Part shown: positions 9,837 through 19,190 of the stretch, piece by piece
How the letters are laid out: each line of letters begins with the position of its first letter
Position numbering within the stretch: the stretch's first letter is position 1
Assembly (NCBI GenBank): GCA_025963725.1
Contig: JAOQAE010000002.1
Span: 1,356,411-1,420,410 of the forward strand
Direction: 5' to 3'
Source: Bacteroidota bacterium
GTDB lineage: Bacteria > Bacteroidota > Bacteroidia > 2-12-FULL-35-15
Length of the DNA: 64,000 nt
Notes under the pieces: model-generated
Told to the model about the DNA's origin: nothing
The model's input: only the letters and a program-made list of their open reading frames with translations
Databases searched by the model: none
Position numbers and translations under genes: made by a program

Positions 9837-10985
9837 ATGGCATCATTAAAAGTATTTGTTTCATCTACATGCTATGACCTGAATATAGTTAGAGCACAAC
9901 TACGCTCTTTCTTGATTAATCTAGGTCACGAACCGGTAATGAGTGATTATAATGACGTATTGTTTGATCCTCGATCACATACGCATGAAAGTTGTATCCA
10001 AGAAATAAAAAACGCAGATGTCGTAATATTAATAATTGGTTCTAGATTTGGTGGAATGGCCACGCCAAAAGTTATTACGTCCTTAGATTTAGAAAATTTA
10101 AAAAACTTATCTAAAGGAAATAAGTTGATTGATACCCCTGATAAGATGTCCATAACCCAACTTGAAATATTAAATGCTGTTGAATCTAACATCCCCATTT
10201 TTACATTTATTGATTCTAGAGTATCGTATGATCATTTATTTTACGAAAAAAATAAAAATAAAGGATTTCTAGAAAATCTCGACTTTCCATCTATTGAAAA
10301 AAAAGAAAGTGCGATTTACATTTTCGAATTCATCAATTTTTTACGATTAAGATCAAAAAACAACAGTATTACAGAATTTAGTAAATCGGGTGATATAGAG
10401 GACTTTTTAAAAAAACAATGGTCATCTCTATTACAACGACTCCTGTCTGAACAGAAAAATAAAATTGTTGAAGAAAAACGACTCGATTTCTTATCGAAAC
10501 AGATCGAAGATATAAAAACAGCCATCTTAACTACCATTCCCAGTGACGAATTAAAAGAAACCGCTAAAGGTGCAATTAAGTATAGAGCCATCATAGACTT
10601 TTTGTTAAGTTTTAAAAACATTCCAACTACTGAAGAAATTATTTTAAGCAGGCTCAACTGGGAAGAACTTTTACTAAAATTTGGTATCGTTCGCACAGTG
10701 TTAACCCGAGATATAAAAAGAAAATACACTAAAAGAATGGTGATAGCTTTTATAAGAGCTGACGAGAGATTCTATTTAAGCAGATATGACAATGAGATAA
10801 TCGAAAATTATATTAAAATAGGTTGGATGGAGTTCACTCAACTACCAGATCAAAGAAAAAAAGCAATTTATAACGCTATCAAAGACAATTTTATAGAACG
10901 AGACTTTATCAGAGATTTAGAATTTATTGATAGGAAATTCGAGGACTATGAAATGGATACTAAACAGGAAGAAAAAACAGAATAA
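9837..10985 (+). CDS. DUF4062 domain protein
   Basis: N-terminal KVFVSSTCYDL...C..EI...DVVILIIGSRFG...SITQLE signature; visibly AT-rich relative to neighbours. Confidence 0.82.
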   Translation: MASLKVFVSSTCYDLNIVRAQLRSFLINLGHEPVMSDYNDVLFDPRSHTHESCIQEIKNADVVILIIGSRFGGMATPKVITSLDLENLKNLSKGNKLIDTPDKMSITQLEILNAVESNIPIFTFIDSRVSYDHLFYEKNKNKGFLENLDFPSIEKKESAIYIFEFINFLRLRSKNNSITEFSKSGDIEDFLKKQWSSLLQRLLSEQKNKIVEEKRLDFLSKQIEDIKTAILTTIPSDELKETAKGAIKYRAIIDFLLSFKNIPTTEEIILSRLNWEELLLKFGIVRTVLTRDIKRKYTKRMVIAFIRADERFYLSRYDNEIIENYIKIGWMEFTQLPDQRKKAIYNAIKDNFIERDFIRDLEFIDRKFEDYEMDTKQEEKTE

Positions 10986-11087
10986 CTACTTGACCTGTAA
11001 GACAACAAGAGCAATTGAAAACGGATTTCCAATTGCCTTGGAACGAATTTGCCAACCTACTCTCGTTTAAAATAACTATCCATAAGA

Positions 11088-11618
11088 ATGTTCAACAATG
11101 ACAAACTTTCCAAATTAGTTATTCGTCAGTTTAATAACTCCGATAGTCTCGAAGAGCTCACTTCCTTACTTCATAAATCATATAAGAAGCTGGCTGATCA
11201 AGGTTTTCGCTTTCATGCATCTCACCAAGATATTCATACTACAAAGCAACGCATAGAAAACGCTGAATGCTATGTTATGACCATTGAGAATAAACTTATT
11301 GGCACAATTTCTTACCGTTCTCCAGCAGCCAAGGATGAACATCCCTATTACGATCAACCATTTGTTGCTTCGTTTGGACAATTTGCTGTTGATCCAGAGT
11401 ACCAGGAAATGGGGCTTGGCAGTAAATTAATAGACACGGCTGAAAAATGCGCCGTTCGTGACGGTGCAGAAGAAATTGCAATAGACACCGCAGAAGGAGC
11501 GACAAACCTTATCGAATACTATAATAAACGCGGCTACCGGTTCGTGACATATACGCAATGGGAAGTAACGAATTACCGGAGCGTAATACTTGCGAAAAGG
11601 TTAAAAACTCATCAGTAA
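11088..11618 (+). CDS. GNAT family N-acetyltransferase
   Basis: FAVDPEYQEMGLGSKL acetyl-CoA motif; YYNKRGY. Confidence 0.88.
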   Translation: MFNNDKLSKLVIRQFNNSDSLEELTSLLHKSYKKLADQGFRFHASHQDIHTTKQRIENAECYVMTIENKLIGTISYRSPAAKDEHPYYDQPFVASFGQFAVDPEYQEMGLGSKLIDTAEKCAVRDGAEEIAIDTAEGATNLIEYYNKRGYRFVTYTQWEVTNYRSVILAKRLKTHQ

Positions 11619-11695
11619 ACCCCGGAACGCCAATTACTATTATACTTCTGTAACAAATCTCCCCTTCCACCGTCACAGGATAAAAAATTCAAAAA

Positions 11696-12655
11696 ATGCG
11701 CTCTATCTTCATCACCATTTTCACGATCTTCTCTTTTGTTGCTTTCGCTCAAAATCCAGCGCACGGAACTTTTAAAAGAGACAGCCTGCTTGTTATTAAA
11801 AAGAATCCCGAAAAAGGATTTTACAATGACTACATCCTGTTCATTCCAAAAGGAACGCCCCTCAACAAACAAATCTTCCTGCTGGTGGAGCCGAACAACA
11901 CCGGCAAGCTATCCGACAGCATAGAGGTGCATGAAAAACATGCTGTTTACCTGGCCTCGGTAAGCTCGGTCGGGAACAACATTTCCACCGAGCTCAAAAT
12001 CCCTTTGCTGGTCCCTGTTTTCCCGAGGCCCGCATCCCGGCCGCTGATGTATACTCACGCCTTAGACAGGGATGTAATGGAAGAACGATCACCGGAACTA
12101 AAGCGGCTTGACCTGCAATTACTGGCAATGACAGACAATGTCAGGAGCATCTTGGCTGCGATGAATATCCGGGTTGCCCCTAAATTCTTCATGAGCGGAT
12201 TTTCGGCGTCCGCTACATTCACCAACCGCTTTTCCTTCATGCATCCCGAAAAAATACAGGCACTGGCCATCGGAGGATTCAACGGGGAGCTGATGCTTCC
12301 TCAAAAGGAAATAAACGGCATTAACCTTAATTATCCCCTCGGAACAAACGACTTTCCGGCATTATTCGGTAAAAGCTTTGACATTGATACATACAGGTCT
12401 ATCCCGCAGTTTATTTATATGGGGAAGCTGGATGAAAATGATGCCGTTCAGTATGACGACGCTTATAACGACACTGAACGCAACATTATTAATAATAACA
12501 TAGGAGCAGCTGTACAGAAAAGATATTTGAAATGTCAGGAAATTTACATAACGAATAATATTCAGCCCATCTTCAAAGTTTATGAAAACATTGGCCACTG
12601 GACTACTTCAGGCATGAATTTAGAGGTTATTAAATTCTTCGCGGGCCAAATGTGA
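11696..12655 (+). CDS. Secreted alpha/beta-hydrolase-fold protein
   Basis: Signal peptide; nucleophile elbow GFSAS; YMGKLD; C-terminal IGHW. Confidence 0.6.
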   Translation: MRSIFITIFTIFSFVAFAQNPAHGTFKRDSLLVIKKNPEKGFYNDYILFIPKGTPLNKQIFLLVEPNNTGKLSDSIEVHEKHAVYLASVSSVGNNISTELKIPLLVPVFPRPASRPLMYTHALDRDVMEERSPELKRLDLQLLAMTDNVRSILAAMNIRVAPKFFMSGFSASATFTNRFSFMHPEKIQALAIGGFNGELMLPQKEINGINLNYPLGTNDFPALFGKSFDIDTYRSIPQFIYMGKLDENDAVQYDDAYNDTERNIINNNIGAAVQKRYLKCQEIYITNNIQPIFKVYENIGHWTTSGMNLEVIKFFAGQM

Positions 12656-12734
12656 CGTGTCCGCATTTTTGCATTTACAATTCATTTTGTACCTTTAATA
12701 AGGTCAATGAGTAGAAACATATAAACACATTCAC

Positions 12735-13184
12735 ATGCCAGATAACAGCGTAAAATTGCATAAAGTGGTCAAAGCAGATCCTGCAAAAGTATACCGTGCC
12801 TTTACCGAAGCGCTCGCCATTTCATCTTGGCTCCCGCCTTACGGCTTTTTATGTACGGTGCATGAAATGGACGTACGTGTTGGCGGCGGCTATAAAATGT
12901 CCTTCACCAATTTCACTACCGGTAACAGCCATTCCTTTAGCGGAAAATACCTGGAACTAAAGCCGGGAGAATTCCTTAAATACACAGACAAATTTGATGA
13001 TCCCAACCTGCCGGGAGATATGATGACAACAGTACGCCTCAGGAAGGTTTCCTGCGGCACCGAACTGGAAGTTGTCCAGGAGAACATTCCTCCGGCTATA
13101 CCGGCAGAAATGTGCTACCTGGGCTGGCAGGATTCCATTGAAAAGCTGACGAAGCTGGTTGAGCCTCAGATTCCGGATGCCTGA
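12735..13184 (+). CDS. SRPBCC (AHSA1-like) family protein
   Basis: KVYRAFT...WLPP...GGYKMSF...CYLGWQDS pattern. Confidence 0.88.
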   Translation: MPDNSVKLHKVVKADPAKVYRAFTEALAISSWLPPYGFLCTVHEMDVRVGGGYKMSFTNFTTGNSHSFSGKYLELKPGEFLKYTDKFDDPNLPGDMMTTVRLRKVSCGTELEVVQENIPPAIPAEMCYLGWQDSIEKLTKLVEPQIPDA

Positions 13185-13215
13185 GAGACATTCGTTCAAG
13201 TCATAAATCAATTAC

Positions 13216-13485
13216 ATGGAAGAGCACATAAAACGCGACGCTTACCTGAAAGGACTGAAGCTGAAAAACACAGGGCTCGATGAAGAGACTATCTGTATCC
13301 GGCTTGAAAAGCAAGGTATTCCCTATGACCTTGCCCAAGAAGTTGCTAAGAACGTGTTCCTCCAGAGGCAGATCGATGCGGTCAACAATCAGCCTGCACC
13401 TGTTTTTAGTATTCCTAAACGACCCATCATCAGCATTCTGATCGATGAAATACGTCTTTGGTTTCAAATGAGAAAACAGAAATAA
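13216..13485 (+). CDS. Hypothetical protein
   Basis: 89-aa ORF with ATG filling the gap, co-oriented with upstream genes. Confidence 0.55.
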   Translation: MEEHIKRDAYLKGLKLKNTGLDEETICIRLEKQGIPYDLAQEVAKNVFLQRQIDAVNNQPAPVFSIPKRPIISILIDEIRLWFQMRKQK

Positions 13486-13533
13486 TGATGATATGGTTAT
13501 TTATGAACCGGGACATTTAAAATCCCCGGACAA

Positions 13534-14169
13534 TCACACGATCCTGTCCTTGAACGCCTTCGCCACTGCTTCCGACTTGCTGTTCACATGCAGCTTTTCA
13601 TAGATCTTCTTAATGTGGCTCCGCACCGTATCGATCGCGATGAACATATCCGCTGCGATCATTTTATAGGAATAGCCTTTCACTAAATATTCGAGCACTT
13701 CCCGCTCCCTTGCAGTAAGATTATAATTATCCTTTTTCCTCGAATAGATCTCCGAGAACATCTTCAGCACCTGCGTAGCAACGCTGGAGGTCATTGGCGA
13801 GCCGCCGTGGTAAGCGTCGTAAATATGCTCCAGCAGCTTCGAGGGCGCTGTTTTTTTCAGCAGGTAGCCATTCGCTCCCGACTGGATAGCATCAAACACG
13901 CTTTTATCGTCATCAAAAACGGTAAGCATCAGCACTTTTGTTTCGGTGTTCCCGGAAGCCCGCAGCAGCTTCAACCCTTCTATCCCTTTCAGCCCGGGCA
14001 TATCGATATCGAGCAGCAGCACATCTGCCGGATGCTGCATGCAATCGTCCACAATATTGTTGCAGTTGGGGAATGTTCCCACTACGGTAAATCCTTCCGA
14101 GCCATCGATCAGGATCCCGAGGCTTTCGCGCAGCTGGGCATTGTCTTCATAGATTGAAACTGTGATCAT
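13534..14169 (-). CDS. NarL/LuxR-family response regulator
   Basis: Receiver YEDN...DVLLLDIDMPG...GYLLK; HTH LTAREREVL...TVRSHIKKIYEKL. Confidence 0.95.
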   Translation of the reverse strand: MITVSIYEDNAQLRESLGILIDGSEGFTVVGTFPNCNNIVDDCMQHPADVLLLDIDMPGLKGIEGLKLLRASGNTETKVLMLTVFDDDKSVFDAIQSGANGYLLKKTAPSKLLEHIYDAYHGGSPMTSSVATQVLKMFSEIYSRKKDNYNLTAREREVLEYLVKGYSYKMIAADMFIAIDTVRSHIKKIYEKLHVNSKSEAVAKAFKDRIV

Positions 14170-14170
14170 C

Positions 14171-17100
14171 TTATAACTTTTTTAATGGGATTAACAGTGA
14201 AACGCGTGTGCCCTTCCCCGGTTCTGATTCCACCTTCAGCAATCCTCCTGCATCTTCCGCCCTTTTCTTCATGTTGGTGAGGCCGTTCCCGCCGCGTGTC
14301 TCCTGTGGGTTGAACCCGGCGCCGTCGTCCGTGATGCACAGTGAAAGGCTCCTACTGCTGACGCTGATCCGGATCGTCACATTTTTACATTCCGAATATT
14401 TCGCCGCATTGTTGATCGCCTCCTTGAACACAAGGAAGAAGTCCCTTCGCCATCTCATCTTTGTGCCGATCGCAGGCACGGCATCATCCACCTCAAAGGC
14501 CAGGCTGATGTTGAGCGGCTCGAGAATGCCTGCCGCGAATTCGCGCATCCTCACCACCACCTTCGCCATTGTATCGTTCACGGGGTTGATGCTCCAGATG
14601 ATGTCGTCCATGCTCTGCATCATCTCCTGCGAGATCCTGTTGATCCGCTTTAAATATTCCCTGCTCAGCGGTGCTTCCTGCTCGATCTTATTCTCTGCCA
14701 TTACGCTGAGGATATTGATCGTGCTCAGCGTCGAGCCCATGTCATCGTGCAGGTCCCTCGAAAGATCGAAGCGGATCTTCTCGATGGCCAGCAGCTTGTT
14801 CACCCTGATGCGGTACAACAGGTAAAAGAGCGTGCATACGAACAGCGCCAGCAGCAGGTAGAACCAGGCGGTCTGAAAGAACGGCTTTGCAACGCTGAAG
14901 CCCATTTTTAATTCCTGGATGCTGCTTTTGTTCTCCTGGAAAATGCATTTCAGGCGGAATGTGTAATCGCCGCCCTTGAGGTTATTGTAGGTGACCACCC
15001 TGTTGCTCCCTGCGGGCAGCCATTCCTGGTCGATGCCTTCCAGCATGTAATAGTAATCGATGGAGTTGTAATACTTGAACGTGGAAGAGCCGAACTCGAT
15101 GTTGATGGTATTGTGATCCTTATCAAAATGCAAAAGCTCTTCCTGGTTTTCCTTTAAGAAGAACGACTTGTCGAAGCTGCTCACCGTATAAATGCAGGAG
15201 GCCGGCATCGTCTTTTTTTCAGAGCGGCTTACAGGCAGGCTGTACAAATATTCATCATCCGCGAGCAGCACTTCCTTTCCATTCCTTCTCAGGCAGATGC
15301 CATTGAAACCTTTATAAAGGTTCGCGTTCTTATCGATCCGCTCAAAGCTTTTCAGCTCCCAGTTGATCCGGTACAGGCCGTCGCTGGTGATCGCGATCAT
15401 GGTGTTATCGCCCGCATTTACGAGATCATACACATTGCTGAAAGGAAGCCCGTCATAAAATGTATAAAAGCTGAATTTATTTTTGCCGTAATCAAAATAA
15501 CCCAGCCCGTTGGAAGTGCCTGCAAAATAGCCTTTGCCGGGATCGGGAAGCAGGCCGAAAATATTATTGCTTTTCAATGCGCCCGGGTCGCTGATGCTCA
15601 TTTTATAATGAACGGTTTTTTCATTCTTCAGGTTCACACGGATAATGCCGTCGTAATTTGTAGCGATCAGCAGCTCATTACCATCGCAGAAAATACTGGT
15701 CACCGCTCCGGCTGCGGTCCTTGCTTCGAGCTGTTTTGAGTCATAGACCCGTCTGAAAGAGGGTGAGCCCTTTTCCTTTTTCACCACTGCGCCGCCAATC
15801 GTCCCGAAAAACAAATCCCCATCATTATTTTCCGTGATGCACATTACTGTCTTTTCGCCAAATGCAGGATCATTGTAAAAGCTGAATTCACTCGTAGCGC
15901 GGTCGAAACGGATCAGCCTTCCCTGCTGGCAGCCCATCCATACCTCTTTCCTGTCCTTAGTTTCAGCGATACACCAGAGCATGTTAAAATAATGATCCTT
16001 TATCTTCTTCTCCAGATCAATGACCTTAACCAGCTTCAGATCCTTATCAAGAATGAATAATCCCTGCCCGAATGTACCTGTCCATACCATGCCGTCAGCG
16101 CATTCGTTGATGCAGTTGTAAATGTGCTTCACATATCCCGTTCCATCCGACTCGTTACGGATCCTGAAACCGCGCTCTTTTATATCAAACACAAAAAGCC
16201 CGGCATTGGTGCACAGCCATACATTGTGCTCTCCGTCTTCAAACATCCTGACACATACCGAAAAATCGATGGCCTTTCCTTCCTTCAGATTTTCCTTGAT
16301 CGGAACGATCTCATCGGAACCTGCAGGGATCACATCAAGCCCATCGCCATATACCCAGATGTTGTTATCGGAATCCTTAAAAAAGCGGCGCCCCGCATAC
16401 GATCTTATATCCCATTTCCGGCAGTCACCGCTTTTTTTATTCAGCCGCATCAGGTCATAGTTCAGCTTTTCATCGTTCCATACAAGCGCATACACGTGCT
16501 CACCATCGTCGTACAGGTCATTCACAGCGCCTTTCAGGCAGGAAGCATTCAGCCAGAAAAGGTTCCCCGGAAGCTCGTTCGTCTCCAGCATCCTGTCTTT
16601 TGCGGCATCAAAAACCCCGCATCCGCCCTTATGAAAAACAAGCAGCCTGTTATTTCCCGCAGCCAGGGCTTTCACCTTTTTCAGGAGATGAAAATTCTTA
16701 TCGCCCACCCTTACAAAGGAATTTTTACCGGGGATGTACCTGATCAGCCCAAGCTCGCGTGAAGTTGCCCAGATGATACCGGACCCGTCTTTGAACAGTG
16801 AGCTGAAAGCCAGTGTTTGTTCTGGTGTTTCCTTAGGAACAGGGATGTATTCAAATGTGCGCGAGTAGAGGTTGAACTTCGCGATGCCCTGGTAATGCGC
16901 TACCCAGAGAATGCTGTCGTTTCCCGGCAATAAAAATGAAACTGAATTGGAACCGGCTATGCCATTTTGCGAAAGCGGGAGATGGTACTTTTTGAATGTT
17001 TTTCCATCGAACAGCTGCAATCCGTTCAGTGTGCCGATCCAGTAGAGGTTGCGTGAATCCTGCACCATGGAATTCACAAGCGCGCCGGTGAGCCCTTCGT

Positions 17101-17203
17101 TTTTCCCGATCTTCCGGAAGCCGGGCTGGGTAAACTGGCTGTACAGCGTGCCTGTAACAAGAAGGAATAAGAGTAGCAGAAGCCCGTTCCTGGTGATCTT
17201 CAT
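14171..17203 (-). CDS. Sensor histidine kinase (periplasmic beta-propeller, Y_Y_Y, HisKA_3, HATPase)
   Basis: Propeller repeats (WIGT, WTGT); YYYMLEGID..W; TM helix; SRDLHDDMGSTL; KEAINNAAKYS; DDGAGF; GNGLTNM; GKGT. Confidence 0.93.
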   Translation of the reverse strand: MKITRNGLLLLLFLLVTGTLYSQFTQPGFRKIGKNEGLTGALVNSMVQDSRNLYWIGTLNGLQLFDGKTFKKYHLPLSQNGIAGSNSVSFLLPGNDSILWVAHYQGIAKFNLYSRTFEYIPVPKETPEQTLAFSSLFKDGSGIIWATSRELGLIRYIPGKNSFVRVGDKNFHLLKKVKALAAGNNRLLVFHKGGCGVFDAAKDRMLETNELPGNLFWLNASCLKGAVNDLYDDGEHVYALVWNDEKLNYDLMRLNKKSGDCRKWDIRSYAGRRFFKDSDNNIWVYGDGLDVIPAGSDEIVPIKENLKEGKAIDFSVCVRMFEDGEHNVWLCTNAGLFVFDIKERGFRIRNESDGTGYVKHIYNCINECADGMVWTGTFGQGLFILDKDLKLVKVIDLEKKIKDHYFNMLWCIAETKDRKEVWMGCQQGRLIRFDRATSEFSFYNDPAFGEKTVMCITENNDGDLFFGTIGGAVVKKEKGSPSFRRVYDSKQLEARTAAGAVTSIFCDGNELLIATNYDGIIRVNLKNEKTVHYKMSISDPGALKSNNIFGLLPDPGKGYFAGTSNGLGYFDYGKNKFSFYTFYDGLPFSNVYDLVNAGDNTMIAITSDGLYRINWELKSFERIDKNANLYKGFNGICLRRNGKEVLLADDEYLYSLPVSRSEKKTMPASCIYTVSSFDKSFFLKENQEELLHFDKDHNTINIEFGSSTFKYYNSIDYYYMLEGIDQEWLPAGSNRVVTYNNLKGGDYTFRLKCIFQENKSSIQELKMGFSVAKPFFQTAWFYLLLALFVCTLFYLLYRIRVNKLLAIEKIRFDLSRDLHDDMGSTLSTINILSVMAENKIEQEAPLSREYLKRINRISQEMMQSMDDIIWSINPVNDTMAKVVVRMREFAAGILEPLNISLAFEVDDAVPAIGTKMRWRRDFFLVFKEAINNAAKYSECKNVTIRISVSSRSLSLCITDDGAGFNPQETRGGNGLTNMKKRAEDAGGLLKVESEPGKGTRVSLLIPLKKL

Positions 17204-17257
17204 ATAAAGTAAATTTACTAAGAATCACCAAGCGGTGTATTGCCGCTTCAAAAAAAT

Positions 17258-17273
17258 AACATATTTATGCGAT
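17258..17273 (+). promoter_or_regulatory. Operator-like motif copy 1, upstream of the kinase-regulator operon
   Basis: AACATATTTATGCGAT; 15 bp identical to 19128-19142. Confidence 0.6.
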
Positions 17274-17284
17274 GAAGGCCCACA

Positions 17285-18616
17285 TCATAATTTCTGGATG
17301 GTATATGTTTTTACCTTTCCCGACGTTGTGTTTATCTTCACAAGAAAGATCCCGGAAGCAAGGCCCGAAAGATCGATCCTGCTTTCCTTTCGGGAGCTCA
17401 TTACCTGTTGCCCCGAGGCGGCATACACGGTTATTTCTGAAATGCGTTCTGTATTCATCAATTGAACATCCCCGTTCCCGGAATTGGATCCGATAAATTC
17501 AGGATCTTCATTCTCAGTTGAATATTCAAGGGAGATCACGGAAGAATAGGATTCATGCCCGTCGCAATCCTGCTGCCTCAGCCTGTAATAATAAACCTGC
17601 CCGGGAACGATCGTAGGATCCGACAGCTGGTAGCTGAGCATCGCGGTAGAATTCACCGCACCGCTTACCGTTCCCACGGAGTTGTAATTCACCGCGTCCT
17701 GTGAGCGCTCCACAAAGAACCGGCAGTTATTTGTTTCCGACATGGTAACCCATTCGAGCAGGGCTGCTTCTCCGTCGATCCGCCCCTCAAAGGAAAGCAG
17801 CTCTATCGGCAACGCAACAAGACAGCCGTTGCAGCCGGTATTCACCGTGGCGCTTCCCCAGTTGGGAATGCCGCTGTAGTTGATGCCCGAGGGCACACAA
17901 ACGCTTAACCCGGGGTCGGGCGATACGGGATAATCATTCGATGCATATTGCCGGATGTTAAGGCAGGCGCTTCCGGAAGGCACAACTACGCTGTTCGTGG
18001 TACGGTTATAAAAATAATTTCCGGTTGTCCAGCTGTTCCCGCCCAGGCACAGGCATCCGGGCGCGCTGGGGATCCATGCCATGAAACCGCCGCAATCCAC
18101 CCGGTAATTATTCACCATCCATGAATTGAGCCCCTGCACAATGATGTAATTAAAAGGAGATGCAAAATACCAGTCGTTGATCACCGTAACATTCGCACTG
18201 AGGATCACATGGCCGGCGAACAGTGAAGTACCCCAGTTATAATAGCTGGTATTCGAGCCGATCACCAGCGCTCCGCCGCCGTTGTAATTAAGCGTGGCGC
18301 CGGTGTTTACCCAGATCACGCCCGAGTTCACCGTAAAGTTGGTGATCGAAAGGTTCCCGCAAACGATGAGCCTGCCGCCGTTTACAGTCACATTCGCGTA
18401 GGTTGCAGTTCCCGAAAAGGTCATAGTGGTGCCGGCGTTGATCACGGCGCCATCGGTAAGCGGAATACTGCCTGCCGGCGTGCAGCCCGGAAATGCAGGG
18501 GCCACGGCACATTGCGAAAAGCTGCTGAAAAAATACAGGAAGAATACGATACAGCATGCAAACCTGTAGAAAAGCACAGGCGGCGCAGCTGCAGGGCGGC
18601 GGTTGTTTTTATTCAT
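17285..18616 (-). CDS. T9SS type A cargo protein with Cys-rich passenger domain
   Basis: Leader ending FSSFSQC; ALPIELLSFEG...YYYRLRQQDCDG Ig-like module; C-terminal IDLSGLASGIFLVKI; start taken as ATG 18616. Confidence 0.82.
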   Translation of the reverse strand: MNKNNRRPAAAPPVLFYRFACCIVFFLYFFSSFSQCAVAPAFPGCTPAGSIPLTDGAVINAGTTMTFSGTATYANVTVNGGRLIVCGNLSITNFTVNSGVIWVNTGATLNYNGGGALVIGSNTSYYNWGTSLFAGHVILSANVTVINDWYFASPFNYIIVQGLNSWMVNNYRVDCGGFMAWIPSAPGCLCLGGNSWTTGNYFYNRTTNSVVVPSGSACLNIRQYASNDYPVSPDPGLSVCVPSGINYSGIPNWGSATVNTGCNGCLVALPIELLSFEGRIDGEAALLEWVTMSETNNCRFFVERSQDAVNYNSVGTVSGAVNSTAMLSYQLSDPTIVPGQVYYYRLRQQDCDGHESYSSVISLEYSTENEDPEFIGSNSGNGDVQLMNTERISEITVYAASGQQVMSSRKESRIDLSGLASGIFLVKINTTSGKVKTYTIQKL

Positions 18617-18643
18617 GATGCTACAGGAGATTTTATCCGGGCG

Positions 18644-18689
18644 CAAAAGTGGATAAGATGATCCTCACAAAAAATAGCATGAATGTGTT
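18644..18689 (-). promoter_or_regulatory. Operator copy 2 plus -7 box
   Basis: Minus-strand AACACATTCATGCTAT (18689-18674), then a 22-nt spacer, then CACTTTTG (18651-18644). Confidence 0.6.
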
Positions 18690-19008
18690 AAATGCAGATG
18701 ACAGGCTTGAGATAGCTTAACAGGATCTCCGTATGCCCCGGCTTTAAGATCACAACAGGCTCCGGAACAGCACCGAGGCTGCTGAATGCGCTTTTTTCGG
18801 GAACAGTGATGAAGAAGATGAACTGCGTGCCGGAATGAGATACTGAGCTGTTCTTTTTCAGCTCATCGAGGTAGAACAGCTGCCCGATAATGATGTAATC
18901 GAAAAAGCCCTGCGAGCAGTCGCAGGTAACATCAAGGCCATGCTTCAGCAGCTGCAGCTCTATGTCTTTTCTAACGATCTGTTCTTTCTCAAGAAGTAAT
19001 ATCCTCAT
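18688..19008 (-). CDS. Degenerate stand-alone receiver (pseudo-receiver) protein
   Basis: MRILLLEKEQIVRKDIELQL; DYIIIG where DLILLD is expected; IFFIT; ILKP. Confidence 0.55.
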   Translation of the reverse strand: MRILLLEKEQIVRKDIELQLLKHGLDVTCDCSQGFFDYIIIGQLFYLDELKKNSSVSHSGTQFIFFITVPEKSAFSSLGAVPEPVVILKPGHTEILLSYLKPVICI

Positions 19009-19037
19009 TCGCTTGATATACTGAAGGTGTTCTTCTG

Positions 19038-19083
19038 CAAAATTGGAGCATGCAAAACCCAAAGGAAATCACATAAAGATGTT
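19038..19083 (-). promoter_or_regulatory. Operator copy 3 plus -7 box
   Basis: Minus-strand AACATCTTTATGTGAT (19083-19068), then a 22-nt spacer, then CAATTTTG (19045-19038). Confidence 0.62.
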
Positions 19084-19126
19084 AAAGTGTAACAATTTGC
19101 GTTTCGGGTGCGTCAATGTACCGCAA

Positions 19127-19172
19127 CACATATTTATGCGATCACATTATTAAAAAAACCTATTTAACTTTG
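19127..19172 (+). promoter_or_regulatory. Operator copy 4 plus -7 box
   Basis: CACATATTTATGCGAT (19127-19142), then a 22-nt spacer, then TAACTTTG (19165-19172). Confidence 0.68.
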
Positions 19173-19190
19173 CAAAAAAATTTAATCACC

